NCBI GenBank assembly: GCA_030618105.1
Contig: JAUXED010000001.1
Span: 16,120-80,119, forward strand
Source of the DNA: Bacteroidota bacterium
GTDB taxonomy: Bacteria > Bacteroidota > Bacteroidia > Bacteroidales > VadinHA17
Reading direction: 5' to 3'
Length of the DNA stretch: 64,000 nucleotides
Part shown: positions 1 through 8,218 of the stretch, one piece after another
Layout: each line of letters starts with the position of its first letter
Numbering within the stretch: position 1 is the first letter of the stretch
Notes under the pieces: model-generated
Seen by the model: the letters and a program-made list of their open reading frames with translations, nothing else
The model's database searches: none
Told to the model about the DNA's origin: nothing
Position numbers and translations under genes: made by a program

Positions 1-1100
1 CAGATATTGCTCTGATCATTCCTGTTCGTGACGGGATGAGTATGGTTGCCAAAGAGTTCATCGCATCAAAGTATAATGCCAGAGGGGTGCTGATCTTAAG
101 TGAAACTGCCGGTGCTATACACGAAATGAATGAGGCGTTGATTGTAAACCCTAATAATTTAGAAGAAATTGCAGAAGCTATTAAACAAGCAATATTAATG
201 CCTGTTGAAGAGCAGGAAAGAAGAAACAAAGTGCTTCAAAAACGATTGAAGCGTTATAATATTGACAGGTGGGCCAGGGATTTCATGAAAAGTCTGGTGG
301 ATGTAAAGAAGCTTCAACAAACACACCTTACTAAAAAGATCAATATTGAACGAAAGGAAAATATTATAAATGATTATCACAAAACAAAAAACAGGATCTT
401 TCTTCTCGATTACGACGGAACTCTTTCGGGTTTTAAGAAAAATCCGGCAGATGCAAAACCTGATCAGGAATTATACAGTATCCTTAAAAAATTAAGCACC
501 AACCCTCAAAACAGTGTTGTTATTATTAGCGGCCGAGATAAAGAAACTTTAGGTAAATGGTTCGTTGGAGACAGTAATATTTCATTTATTGCTGAACATG
601 GTGTATGGTTCAAAAACCCTGGAGAAGACTGGTCGATGTTGGAGCAAATTGATAATGAATGGAAAAAAATGGTTCACCCAATTCTGGAGTTTTATGTTGA
701 TCAGACTCCGGGGTCGTTCATTGAAAACAAGAACTTTTCCCTTGTCTGGCATTATAGAAAATCTGATCCTGATCTGGGTGTTCAAAGATCATGGGAGCTT
801 AAAGACCAGCTTATGGATTTGATTTCAAACCTTAATCTCCAGATCATGGACGGAGATAAGGTTATTGAAATAAAATATTCCGGCATAAACAAGGGTAGAG
901 CAGCAACTTATAAAATGGGAGATGAAAAATTCGATTTCATTCTCGCGATAGGTGATGACTGGACAGATGAATATACCTTTGAGGCACTGCCTGATTCAGC
1001 ATATACTATTAAAGTCGGAACTAAAAATACTAAAGCCAGATTTTATGTTGAATCAGTTAGTGATGTAAGAGAATTTCTACATCAGATTTCAGGTAAATAG
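1..1100 (+). CDS. Bifunctional trehalose-6-phosphate synthase/phosphatase, C-terminal part (5' end lies outside the window)
   Basis: The frame is open from nt 3 (DIALIIPVRDGMSMVAKEFIAS, GT20/OtsA-like). It continues into a HAD trehalose-phosphatase domain (LLDYDGTL, IISGRD, GDDWTDE). Stop at 1098-1100. Confidence 0.85.
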   Translation, partial: DIALIIPVRDGMSMVAKEFIASKYNARGVLILSETAGAIHEMNEALIVNPNNLEEIAEAIKQAILMPVEEQERRNKVLQKRLKRYNIDRWARDFMKSLVDVKKLQQTHLTKKINIERKENIINDYHKTKNRIFLLDYDGTLSGFKKNPADAKPDQELYSILKKLSTNPQNSVVIISGRDKETLGKWFVGDSNISFIAEHGVWFKNPGEDWSMLEQIDNEWKKMVHPILEFYVDQTPGSFIENKNFSLVWHYRKSDPDLGVQRSWELKDQLMDLISNLNLQIMDGDKVIEIKYSGINKGRAATYKMGDEKFDFILAIGDDWTDEYTFEALPDSAYTIKVGTKNTKARFYVESVSDVREFLHQISGK

Positions 1101-1168
1101 GTTTTTATGTGCTTCATTAAAAAAATGTCTATAATATCTTATTTCATTATACTTTGCATTTTTTAGTC

Positions 1169-1226
1169 TGCCCGCCCGTACCGAACGCCCGCCTGACCGG
1201 ACGGGCAGGGTACGTTCGGGCGGGCA
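1169..1226 (+). repeat. GC-rich extended hairpin containing the conserved 24-mer GCCCGCCTGACCGGACGGGCAGGG; probable bidirectional terminator between convergent genes
   Basis: TGCCCGCCC...GGGCGGGCA outer stem and CGAAC/GTTCG inner stem. The 24-mer at 1187-1210 is identical to 34980-35003 and to the reverse complement of 5373-5396. Confidence 0.7.
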
Positions 1227-1372
1227 ATCTTCAGTCCCCGAAAAACAGAGCTGCTTTTTGACTACCATTACAGTATTAATGATATTAATTTGAAGTTGGA
1301 TGAGCTTATTTTGAGATTTATTATTGATGGATTGACCAAAAACAAATCCAATGCATATCACCGGCACACATT

Positions 1373-2080
1373 TCAACTTTCAACTTTTCTCCTCTTGCGT
1401 TGCTTCAGCACCACTTCGGCATATTCGATATCAGCAAGGGTAGTTAATTTTATATTGAGTACATCACCCGCAACAATGTTAATTTTTTCACCACTTGCTT
1501 CAAACACGGTTGCATCATCAGTAAAATCCGGTTTATACTCCTGCATATATGCTTTCTTTATCAATGCAAGGGAAAACACCTGTGGGGTTTGCACCAGGTA
1601 AATATTTTTCCTGTCAAGAGGCTTGTTCCCTCCGGCAACAGTTATTCTTACTGATTCATTTGGGGAAATTGCCGGCAGAGCGTTTCCGTATTTCCTGGCA
1701 CTGTCAAAACATCTTGAAATAGTATCTACATTCACCAATGGCCTTACTGCATCGTGTATGGCAACCAGCCCGTCATTATTGTCAATTGCCTCCAGACCAT
1801 TTTTTACAGAATCAAATCTTGTTTCCCCGCCCTTAATAACTTTGTGAGGAACAGAACACGAGTATTCTTTACAAATAGAGTTCCACAGATCAAAATAATC
1901 TGCATGAAGAACAATTATGATTTTTAATTCCCTGTCAAATTCATGAAAAACATAAAGAGTGTGTAATAATACCGGCTGGTTTGCCAGTTTAATAAATTGC
2001 TTCGGCAAATCTGATTCCATCCGTTTGCCCGATCCTCCGGCAACGATAACAGTAAATCTGTTTGTTCTGCCTTGTTGCAT
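1373..2080 (-). CDS. ispD: 2-C-methyl-D-erythritol 4-phosphate cytidylyltransferase
   Basis: 235 aa. Has the N-terminal VIVAGGSGKRM...LPKQF nucleotide-binding motif and IspD-typical length and layout. Confidence 0.9.
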   Translation of the reverse strand: MQQGRTNRFTVIVAGGSGKRMESDLPKQFIKLANQPVLLHTLYVFHEFDRELKIIIVLHADYFDLWNSICKEYSCSVPHKVIKGGETRFDSVKNGLEAIDNNDGLVAIHDAVRPLVNVDTISRCFDSARKYGNALPAISPNESVRITVAGGNKPLDRKNIYLVQTPQVFSLALIKKAYMQEYKPDFTDDATVFEASGEKINIVAGDVLNIKLTTLADIEYAEVVLKQRKRRKVES

Positions 2081-2163
2081 GTTTAGATAATATTATTATG
2101 TTAAATTGAACGGGGATTTATATTATTATGTCAAAGTTTTGTTTTTAATTAGCGAAGGCTTAA

Positions 2164-2171
2164 TATTTTTG
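2164..2171 (+). promoter_or_regulatory. Candidate Bacteroidota -7 box TATTTTTG (orphan; no annotated + strand gene downstream)
   Basis: Matches TAnnTTTG. A TTTG lies ~23 bp upstream. Confidence 0.25.
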
Positions 2172-2514
2172 TTGTTTTTTATATTAATCGCAATAAAGAT
2201 AATTACAGGTATTAACTATTGATTGTTAATATTATTGTTACTATTAAGTGCCTTAAATTTAGAATGTCTTCTTATTTCCCTCTCTCTTCGTTTGTTGCGC
2301 CGGACACAATGCTTGTAGTTTTATTTAAACCCGATAGTTCCGGCGCTTTTGCTATACTTACCTGTACCTCTCTGGGATAATTGCTTTTTTATACAAATAT
2401 GGCCTTATAATATTAACCATCACGCTGTTATATTCTTTTGAAGACACCGGATAATAACCACTCTCAGAGTGGTTCTACAAGAATCGTTCTACATCGCCAC
2501 CGGTATAGTTCTTT

Positions 2515-2742
2515 ATTCTTTTCCCCTTACTCCATACTTTTTTTCTCCTCTTCTCACCTTCTCACTTTCTCATCTTCTCTTCCTTCTTCCCTTCCGCCTT
2601 CCTACTACCTACTATTTACTATTTACTTCTTACTTCATCTTCTCATCTTCTCATCTTCTCATCTTCTCCTATTCTCTTCTTCGCCCCCTCGTCCCCTCGT
2701 CCCCTCGTTCTTTCGTCCCCTCGTTTCTTCTCCCCTTCTCTT
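2515..2742 (-). repeat. ~230-bp strand-pure polypyrimidine (+) / polypurine (-) block made of at least 5 concatenated 7-8 bp word repeats
   Basis: Blocks include CTCACYTT, CTTCC runs, (TACTWYY)n, (ATCTTCTC)x4 and (CCCCTCGT)n. It starts 3 bp after the stop of the 131-aa ORF on the minus strand. Confidence 0.9.
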
Positions 2743-2744
2743 GT

Positions 2745-3140
2745 TTATATCACTAAATGGATCTGGTAAAATTTAGACAATAAAAATATTATTATTATAA
2801 GATTAATTCCGGAAAAGAAATAATTAAATATAACCCTGTTGTTTTTAAAATTTCGTCGCAATAGTATCCCTATATTGGGTGCGAAAAGAGATAAAATCGT
2901 AAATACATAATTAAACTCATCGATTTTTTCTTTAATTTCAATCTCTAAAAACACCAGATAATAAAAGAATGATAATGCAATTAACAGGTAAGCCAGGTAG
3001 CTGAATTTTAGCATATATGTCGAATTCCTGCGCTTTTTATTTACTCTGAAGGGGCGTAAAAATACTGCCGCCAGCATAAAAATCATAGAAAACCCCGTAA
3101 TAACAAGTATGCGGGAAAGAATTTGTCCAAATTGATTCAT
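2745..3140 (-). CDS. Hypothetical small multi-pass membrane protein
   Basis: 131-aa ORF with about 4 hydrophobic segments. It is co-directional with, and 31 bp downstream of, the ROK kinase gene. I recognise no family. Confidence 0.4.
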   Translation of the reverse strand: MNQFGQILSRILVITGFSMIFMLAAVFLRPFRVNKKRRNSTYMLKFSYLAYLLIALSFFYYLVFLEIEIKEKIDEFNYVFTILSLFAPNIGILLRRNFKNNRVIFNYFFSGINLIIIIFLLSKFYQIHLVI

Positions 3141-3171
3141 TTTTCAGATGATTCAAAGACGAAAAAACTTT

Positions 3172-4164
3172 TTAAATTGAAATTTTCTTTGCATCGCCGT
3201 TTTCAATATTATTCCAAACAAGAGCACTGGCACCAAGAACAGCGGCGTTTTGAGAGTTCAATTTTGAAAGAAGCAATTTTACCTTCCCTTTATAAACTGA
3301 TAACAAATTTTCTTCCATATACTTGCGGGTTGGTTCAAATATCAAATCTTTTGCCAGTGCAAGTCCGCCAAAAAGGAAAATGGCTTCAGGATTAGTGTGA
3401 GCAACCACATCAGCAAGTTTAAAGCCGAGCATTCTGCCCGTATGTTCAAATGCTCTTATTGCAATTTTATCTCCTTCTTTGGCTGCATCGCTTATCATTG
3501 ATGCGTTTAGATCATTAAAGCTGACCCCCTTAAGAGGGCTGTCGTCTATCATATCTCCCATCAGTTTAAACAGGGTCCTTTTAATACCAGTAGCAGAAAC
3601 ATATGTTTCCAGGCATCCTTTCCTCCCGCATCCACATTGCCGGTTACTTTCTCCGGGTCTTATCGTTGTATGTCCCAGCTCCCCAGCGAAACCATCATGT
3701 CCGTATACCAATTCACCATTTACAACAAACCCGCTTCCTAAACCGGTACCTAATGTAATTACCACAAAATTTTTCATCCCTTTGGCTCCGCCATATATCA
3801 TCTCACCAATAGCTGCTGCATTTGCATCATTGGTCACTATTACCGGCAGGTTAGTAAATTCTTTGAAGAGATCAGCAAGCGGGATTATCCCTTTCCAGGG
3901 CAAATCGGCTGAATATTCTATTGTGCCTTTATTTATATTGCCCATCGGAGCTCCTATACCAATTCCTTCAACTATTATTCTATTGTTAAGGTTCCGCAGG
4001 CTAAGTCTTATTTTTTCATTCAGGGCTGCAAGAAAAACTTCTATTTCCTGATGGTCTTTTGTTGGAATTTGTCCCTGAGCCAGAAAATTTCCCTCTCTGT
4101 CCAGGATACCATAAATAGTATTTGTCCCTCCTATGTCTATGCCAATAGATACTTTCTTTTTCAC
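3172..4164 (-). CDS. ROK-family sugar kinase (glucokinase / amino-sugar kinase type), copy 1
   Basis: DIGGTN ATP-binding start, TNDANAAAIGE, LGTGLGSG, and the ROK zinc motif CGCGRKGCLE. Confidence 0.85.
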   Translation of the reverse strand: MKKKVSIGIDIGGTNTIYGILDREGNFLAQGQIPTKDHQEIEVFLAALNEKIRLSLRNLNNRIIVEGIGIGAPMGNINKGTIEYSADLPWKGIIPLADLFKEFTNLPVIVTNDANAAAIGEMIYGGAKGMKNFVVITLGTGLGSGFVVNGELVYGHDGFAGELGHTTIRPGESNRQCGCGRKGCLETYVSATGIKRTLFKLMGDMIDDSPLKGVSFNDLNASMISDAAKEGDKIAIRAFEHTGRMLGFKLADVVAHTNPEAIFLFGGLALAKDLIFEPTRKYMEENLLSVYKGKVKLLLSKLNSQNAAVLGASALVWNNIENGDAKKISI

Positions 4165-4221
4165 TGGATATCAGATATTGTATCGGTTTAAAAAAAATAA
4201 ATCCAATACAAATCTACAAAA

Positions 4222-5238
4222 TTACCCGACAATGTACTCATTCCCTACTTTTCTAGCCCTTACCGGTTTGTCAAGATCAATCCCCAGTGCTATTCCAATT
4301 TCAACTAAAACATTCCATCCGGCTGCCAGCTCAATATAATTATGGTATTTTCCGCCATCCGGGATCTTTATAGTTGGAAATAATGTTTCCCTGGCAGAAA
4401 TTGAAATAACTTTCATTCCAACACCTTTTGCAAGGCATTCTTTAATTTTTTCTTCCTCACTTTCGAAAGGTTCGACCAAAATTACAACTTCGTTTTTATC
4501 CATAATTTCTTCAATCCCATGAAGCACATATGTTCCCTCAAGAAAATCTGATCTTTTTCTTGTTATCTCGTTGGTTTTTAATGTCAGCTCTTCAGCAACA
4601 CCTGTATTTCTGCCGGCAAAATATATAATGTCTGCATTCTTTAATTGTTCAATCATTCCGGATTCGATATTTTGCTTCATGGCTTTACCAACCTGTTCTG
4701 ATAGTTCATTTAACCCTTCCATTTTTTCATCAGCAAGATGATGTATAAGGCTATCGTAAAATAAAGCCTGTTCAACAACCGATTTCGTAGCAGCAACAGC
4801 TTTCTCCTTCCCGCAATTTAATACATGTGTATCCCTGCACATACTTTCGAGTGGTGTATCGCTATTTGCTGTTAGTCCAAACAGGGCATTATGCCCACTG
4901 TTTTTGAGTTTTTCGAACAATCTGACTATTTCTTTTGTCTTACCGGAATTAGAAGCTCCAAATACAGCATAATTAGTTAAAATATATTCAAGTGCCTGTG
5001 TTGCTCCCTCTGTTGAAACCGGTAACAGGTTTCCTTTTTTCAATGCCTCATAAATAGCTCTTTTTGCCGGGAATATTCTACTGCTTCCCTCGCCGGTAAA
5101 AAACAGCCTTCCTTTTTCACGAATCGGGAGAATAAACCTTTCTGTTACTGACGGATCAAAGTTTTTTATAACCTCTGTGATTTCAAGCATCTCTTCAACA
5201 AGAGCATATTTTGAATACTTCTTATTATTCTGTTCCAT
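4222..5238 (-). CDS. SIS-domain phosphosugar isomerase/deaminase-like protein (GlmS isomerase-domain-only type)
   Basis: 338 aa with two SIS-like segments (FFTGEGSSRIFPA; VFGASNSGKTKE). Size and layout resemble AgaS / NagB-II / archaeal GlmD proteins. Confidence 0.65.
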   Translation of the reverse strand: MEQNNKKYSKYALVEEMLEITEVIKNFDPSVTERFILPIREKGRLFFTGEGSSRIFPAKRAIYEALKKGNLLPVSTEGATQALEYILTNYAVFGASNSGKTKEIVRLFEKLKNSGHNALFGLTANSDTPLESMCRDTHVLNCGKEKAVAATKSVVEQALFYDSLIHHLADEKMEGLNELSEQVGKAMKQNIESGMIEQLKNADIIYFAGRNTGVAEELTLKTNEITRKRSDFLEGTYVLHGIEEIMDKNEVVILVEPFESEEEKIKECLAKGVGMKVISISARETLFPTIKIPDGGKYHNYIELAAGWNVLVEIGIALGIDLDKPVRARKVGNEYIVG

Positions 5239-5317
5239 AGTATTTTAAATTTTTGGGGATTTAACTTTGTTGAATAATATAATTCATATAAATAAGGTTC
5301 AAAGTTACTGGTTGTTT

Positions 5318-5396
5318 TTCCCCTTTATTCCCTCTATTCCCTCTATTCCCTTTATTCCACTATTCCACTATTCCCTGCCCGTCCGGTCAGGCGGGC
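5318..5396 (-). repeat. (ATTCCCTYT)/(ATTCCACT) tandem words plus the GC-rich 24-mer (reverse orientation)
   Basis: Direct reading. Overlaps the 3' end of the PIG-L ORF. Confidence 0.85.
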
Positions 5397-6161
5397 ATTC
5401 TTCACTATATATTCTTTTATATCGTCCTGTATTTGCGGTTCCTTTTGAAATCCCCCGCCAAGATGTTGCCAAAAAATTTCTGCATATTCAATTCCTACCA
5501 TCTTACCGTAATCCACGTTTGCCTTTTTCATCATGCCAAAAAAATTATCTATTTTATGCATATGCCTCATAAGTTCCATTTGAGATTTATGATAAGTAAG
5601 CATTTCCATTTTGGTGTCAATAACAGATGTAATATCCACAAAAAAATGAGGGGGGGGTATCTCAGAGCCCAATGGATCTGATAATGTTAAAGGGGCGGTA
5701 TGATATAGCAAGGGTGTTACTTCAAGCGGTGCTTCTTTACAAGGAACATTAGGCAATGATGATATCATTGCTGTTGTTTCAATAATATTGCAGGTGGTTC
5801 TATGGTCACTATGATAATCCATTGGCAGATGAGTAAATATAATTCCCGCCTTTACCTTCCTTATCAATTCAAGGGCTTTAATTCTTAATTCTTCAGTATC
5901 AAACAGGAAGCCATCTCTGCCATTAAAGCAATAATAGTCAGCATCAAGTACATCAGCCGCTTTACGGGCTTCGGTTTTTCTTGTTTCAATAGTTTTTTGC
6001 TCCGTTGAATTTATCCCTCCCATTCCACCTGCAGTCATAGTGGCAATAACAATCTTGTATCCTTTGTCCTTTAAAAGCTTCAGGGTTCCTGAGGCAAAGG
6101 CTTCCGTATCATCCGGATGTGCATGAAAAGCCAGCACAACTTTATTAAATTTTCGTTTCAT
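5352..6161 (-). CDS. PIG-L/LmbE-family N-acetylglucosaminyl deacetylase
   Basis: AFHAHPDDTE motif near the N-terminus and a later YHSDH motif. The last ~15 codons are read from intergenic-type repeat DNA. Confidence 0.8.
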   Translation of the reverse strand: MKRKFNKVVLAFHAHPDDTEAFASGTLKLLKDKGYKIVIATMTAGGMGGINSTEQKTIETRKTEARKAADVLDADYYCFNGRDGFLFDTEELRIKALELIRKVKAGIIFTHLPMDYHSDHRTTCNIIETTAMISSLPNVPCKEAPLEVTPLLYHTAPLTLSDPLGSEIPPPHFFVDITSVIDTKMEMLTYHKSQMELMRHMHKIDNFFGMMKKANVDYGKMVGIEYAEIFWQHLGGGFQKEPQIQDDIKEYIVKNARLTGRAGNSGIVE

Positions 6162-6198
6162 GTGTCTATAATTTAATTTTCAACGGTCACATAGCCAG

Positions 6199-6241
6199 TC
6201 CCGACATTGTCGGGATAGCTCACCCCGATTTTTTTCGGGGT
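6199..6241 (-). other. Two adjacent stem-loops (TCCCGACATTGTCGGGA; ACCCCGATTTTTTTCGGGGT) between the PFK and PIG-L genes
   Basis: Perfect 7-bp and 6-bp stems. The second belongs to a CCCCGAAAAAA(N)CGGGG family also seen at 26321-26336. Confidence 0.6.
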
Positions 6242-6251
6242 TCGGTTCATT

Positions 6252-7478
6252 CTATCCTTGTTTTATTGTTTTATTTTCCAGTTCAACAAACTCGGGCAGT
6301 TTTCCAATTAACGGTTTAATATACTCAATGAATTTTTTATTGACGAAATTGCCTTTTTTATTGAAATATTCCCGAGGCATTGGCTTTGCTTTAATAGCTA
6401 CATCACTGAGTAATACTTTGGTATATTTAATTTTATATGGATTATCCGATTTCCTTTCCAGGGCGATCATATATCCCGACCGGCCTTTTTCAGCCAGCTT
6501 AACCGCTTCAATACCACAAATAAAAGCTTCTCTACGGTCAAGATTCACAGTTCTGTCAGCATCACACATAATAAGCGATTCTGTAATTTGAAATTCTCCC
6601 CTGTATCCATATTCATCTGCTATCATTCTATGAAGGTTCATCCCAACGCTTGATCCACCCATTGCTCCAAATTCAACATTATTAAATTTGTCCTGTGTCT
6701 TTGATGCGCTTACCGGGGTACCATCTTCAAATTTCAATCCTTCTCCGCAAACAACTGAAACCCAACCATATTTATCAATGCATAACCCTGCATCTTTCAG
6801 GAATTCTTCCTTGTTGAAATAAAATTCGGGGGTATATATTAAATGCGGCGCATCTTCTTTTTTTCGTTTTGCCAATGCTGTTGCCGCAGCAAGCCATCCC
6901 GCATTCCTTCCTATTGTCTGATAAATTACAAATTTATCCACCTTTTGCATATCCCGTGCAAGAATTCCCGCATGCATAACATTCAGAATATTTGTTCGTG
7001 CAGCAGAGGGAAAGCCCGGTGTATGGTCTGTGCCATACAGATCGTTATCAACAGTTTTGGGTATTCCTGTTCCAACTATTTCATAACCATTATCATTACA
7101 GTATGATTCAATTCTGTTGATAGTATCCATTGTATCATTCCCGCCAATCATAAAAAAGTACCTGATATTATATTTTTTAAGCATTTTCATTATTTTGGGA
7201 AAATCCTGCTGCTGTAATTTATGTCTTGATGAACCAAGAGCAGAAGAGGGAGTAGTCCTTAGCCCTGAGATAATTCTATCAGTCTGATTTCCAAGATCAA
7301 TAATTTTCTCCTGCATAAAACCCTCAATTCCGAATTTCATGCCATATATATCCGCAATTTTTCCCGATTTCCGGGTTTTTTCTATCACACCTGCAAGACT
7401 GGCATTTATAACAGCTGTGGGTCCGCCCGATTGTCCTATAATAGCATTGCTTTTCATGTTGATTTTTATTTTAGTCAA
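6252..7478 (-). CDS. 6-phosphofructokinase, PPi-type signature (GGND / PKTVDND)
   Basis: PFK family motifs SGGPTAVINA, IGGNDTMDT, IPKTVDNDL. Lys in PKTxDND and Asp after GG(N) match PPi-dependent enzymes. Confidence 0.85.
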   Translation of the reverse strand: MTKIKINMKSNAIIGQSGGPTAVINASLAGVIEKTRKSGKIADIYGMKFGIEGFMQEKIIDLGNQTDRIISGLRTTPSSALGSSRHKLQQQDFPKIMKMLKKYNIRYFFMIGGNDTMDTINRIESYCNDNGYEIVGTGIPKTVDNDLYGTDHTPGFPSAARTNILNVMHAGILARDMQKVDKFVIYQTIGRNAGWLAAATALAKRKKEDAPHLIYTPEFYFNKEEFLKDAGLCIDKYGWVSVVCGEGLKFEDGTPVSASKTQDKFNNVEFGAMGGSSVGMNLHRMIADEYGYRGEFQITESLIMCDADRTVNLDRREAFICGIEAVKLAEKGRSGYMIALERKSDNPYKIKYTKVLLSDVAIKAKPMPREYFNKKGNFVNKKFIEYIKPLIGKLPEFVELENKTIKQG

Positions 7479-7553
7479 ATATTCATTAGCTATATATTTT
7501 TGTTTCTGCTACTAACTTTTAAAAATAATTTATTTTGTGGAGAAAAAAAAACA

Positions 7554-8207
7554 TCAACAAAATTTAATTTCTCCAAAAAAATCAGGCTGGTGAAAATCAG
7601 GGTTGTTGGTTTCAACCCTGTTCCATGTTAAATAATGCATTTCGGAAAGTTTGTCACCGCATTTATAAAAATTAGCCCTGAATTTTTTTCCTTTTAATTC
7701 GGATATTTGATGGTCAATAAAGGATTCCAAAGGAATTGCTATTGTCAGCTCCCAGTAAAACTTTCCTGATCTTTCTTCAAATGGCTGATTTCCGAGGGTG
7801 GAAATCCTTCGGATTCCTTCAATCACTCCCGGATCTAAAATTTTGCTGTCATTACGCGATCTGCCCTTACCAAGTAAACATGTACCAATACAATTAAATT
7901 CAAAATTGTAATAAACACCATCGTTTGAAGGAGAAACAAAAAACTCAACACAACTATCTTCACACATCATCTGATTTGATTTATCATGTTTTGCCCGTAT
8001 GTAATTTTCAGTTACATAGTACTTCAGATACAACTCCTTTTCTCTATAGGCAATATTAAATCTTACATCCGGTTGATATGAAAAATCCTTCCAGGGCAAC
8101 TGGTTAATTTCATAACCCTGTCCCAGTTCATCCAATAGTTTTGATATTTTTTCCAGGGCTGGTTTTTCATCGTCAATATCCAATCGCTTAACTTTTAAGC
8201 TTTTCAT
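7554..8207 (-). CDS. Carbohydrate-binding family 9-like (DOMON-like) domain protein
   Basis: 217 aa. The C-terminal pattern FRANFYKCGD...HYLTWN...PDFHQPDFFG resembles CBM9-like proteins. Family assignment is by recollection only. Confidence 0.45.
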   Translation of the reverse strand: MKSLKVKRLDIDDEKPALEKISKLLDELGQGYEINQLPWKDFSYQPDVRFNIAYREKELYLKYYVTENYIRAKHDKSNQMMCEDSCVEFFVSPSNDGVYYNFEFNCIGTCLLGKGRSRNDSKILDPGVIEGIRRISTLGNQPFEERSGKFYWELTIAIPLESFIDHQISELKGKKFRANFYKCGDKLSEMHYLTWNRVETNNPDFHQPDFFGEIKFC

Positions 8208-8218
8208 ACAGGTGCCAA

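Noticed and set aside
2438-2776. Two overlapping + strand ORFs (112 aa and 95 aa) rich in S/L/F/P across the polypyrimidine block
   Set aside because: They exist only because the C/T-rich strand of the word arrays lacks stop codons. The sequence is low-complexity, there is no start context, and the period is 7-8 bp, which is incompatible with coding.
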